Of a stretch of DNA of 64,000 nucleotides, positions 62,540 through 64,000 are shown in pieces (position 1 is the stretch's first letter; each line of letters begins with the position of its first letter). Source of the DNA: Antedon mediterranea. Its lineage: Eukaryota > Animalia > Echinodermata. The translations under genes and the position numbers were made by a program. Where the stretch lies: contig NC_092677.1 of NCBI RefSeq assembly GCF_964355755.1, positions 26,647,175 to 26,711,174 of the forward strand. The letters are read 5' to 3'. Below the pieces are notes generated by a model, which saw only the letters and a list, made by a program, of their open reading frames with translations, ran no database searches and was not told where the DNA came from.

Positions 62540-64000
62540 ATGATTTCTTGTGGTGTTCGATAGCCAACAATGAGCTAGTACAATTTTCCTAGAGGGTGTT
62601 ACATTTGGTTTCTGGTGGTCTTTGATGACAACCAATGAGCTATTACAATTTTCCTAGAGGGTGTAACATTTGATTTCTGGTGGTCTTTGATGACAACCAA
62701 TGAGCTATCATAATTTTCCTAGAGGGTGTAACATTAGATTTCTGGCAGTGCTCGATGACAATCAATGAGCTAGTATAATTTACAATTTTGCTAGAGGGTG
62801 TTACATTTGATTTCTGGTGGTCTTTGATGACAACCAATGAGCTATTATAATTTTCATATAGAGTGTGTAACATTAGATTTCTTATGGTCTTTGATGACAA
62901 CTAATGAGCTATTATAATTTTCATATAGAGTGTGTAACATTAGATTTCTTATGGTCTTTGATGACAACCAATGAGCTATTATAATTTTCCTAGAGGGTGT
63001 TACATTTGATTTCTTATGGTCTTTGAATGATGACAACCAATGAGCTACTGTATAATTACAATTTTCCTAGAGGATGTTACATTTGATTTCTGGTGGTCTT
63101 TGATGACAACAAATGAGCTATTACAATTTTCCTAGAGGGTGTTACATTTGATTTCTAGTGGTCTTTGATGACAACCAATGAGCTATCATAATTTTCCTAG
63201 AGGGTATAACATTAGATTTCTGGCAGTGCTCGATGACAACCAATGAGCTATTATAATTTACAATTTTCCTAGAGGGTGTTACATTTGATTTCTAGTGGTC
63301 TTTGATGACAACCAATAAGCTATCATAATTTTCCTAGAGGGTGTAACATTAGATTTCTGGCAGTGCTCAATGACAACCAATGAGCTATTATAATTTACAA
63401 TTTTCCTAGAGGGTGTTACATTTCATTTCTAGTGGTCTTTGATGACAACCAATGAGCTATCATAATTTTCCTAGAGGGTGTAACATTAGATTTCTGGCAG
63501 TGCTCAATGACAACCAATGAGCTATTATAATTTACAATTTTCCTAGAGGGTGTTACATTTGATTTCTGGTGGTCTTTGATGACAACCAATGAGCTATTAC
63601 AATTTTCATATAGAGTGTGTAACATTAGATTTCTTATGGTCTTTGATGACAACCAATGAGCTATTATAATTTTCCTAGAGGGTGTAACATTAGATTTCTG
63701 GCAGTGCTCAATGACAACCAATGAGCTATTATAATTCACAATTTTCCTAGAGGGTGTTACATTTGATTTCTGGTGGTCTTTGATGACAACCAATGAGCTA
63801 TTACAATTTTCATATAGAGTGTGTAACATTAGATTTCTTATGGTCTTTGATGACAACCAATGAGCTATTATAATTTTCATAGAGGGTGTAACATTTGATT
63901 TCTAGTGGTCTTTGATGACAACCAATGAGCTACTGTATAATTACAATTTTCCTACAGGGTGTTACATTTGGTTTCTGGTGGTCTTTGATGACAACCAATG
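62540..64000. repeat. 65/67/72-bp tandem repeat running off the window end
   Basis: Unit GATGACAACCAATGAGCTATTACAATTTTCCTAGAGGGTGTTACATTTGATTTCTGGTGGTCTTT with length variants; 204-bp higher-order period at 63416-63880. Confidence 0.95.

Overview
AT-rich metazoan (invertebrate-like) nuclear DNA with spliceosomal introns. The first ~27.6 kb is a compact gene cluster: a 1411-aa single-coding-exon C2H2/AT-hook/PxDLS zinc-finger gene (+), a 5-exon BLOC1S4 gene (-) head-to-head with an 8-exon UBE2Q-family E2 gene (+), and a 3-exon C2H2 zinc-finger gene (-), with several MITEs in between. From 27,654 to 59,223 lies a ~31.6-kb repeat block bracketed by IS3EU-like inverted termini. It holds a ~27-kb hairpin-bearing ~470-bp satellite carrying single insertions (a non-autonomous Gypsy LTR element, a Helentron/HINE with a nested Kolobok MITE, and a 2.8-kb Kolobok), then an 85-bp array interrupted by a Rex/Babar-like LINE. 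After the block come the first exons of a + strand gene encoding a probably N-myristoylated protein, and further tandem arrays. The most unusual signal is a dense set of apparent transposon excision scars: TA-GGCC-TA and TA-CAG-TA motifs clustered near promoters, one of them seen as a 6-bp difference between twin LTRs, and tiny CA..TG palindromes with 7-bp target duplications resembling P-element footprints. All calls were made by eye, without database searches.
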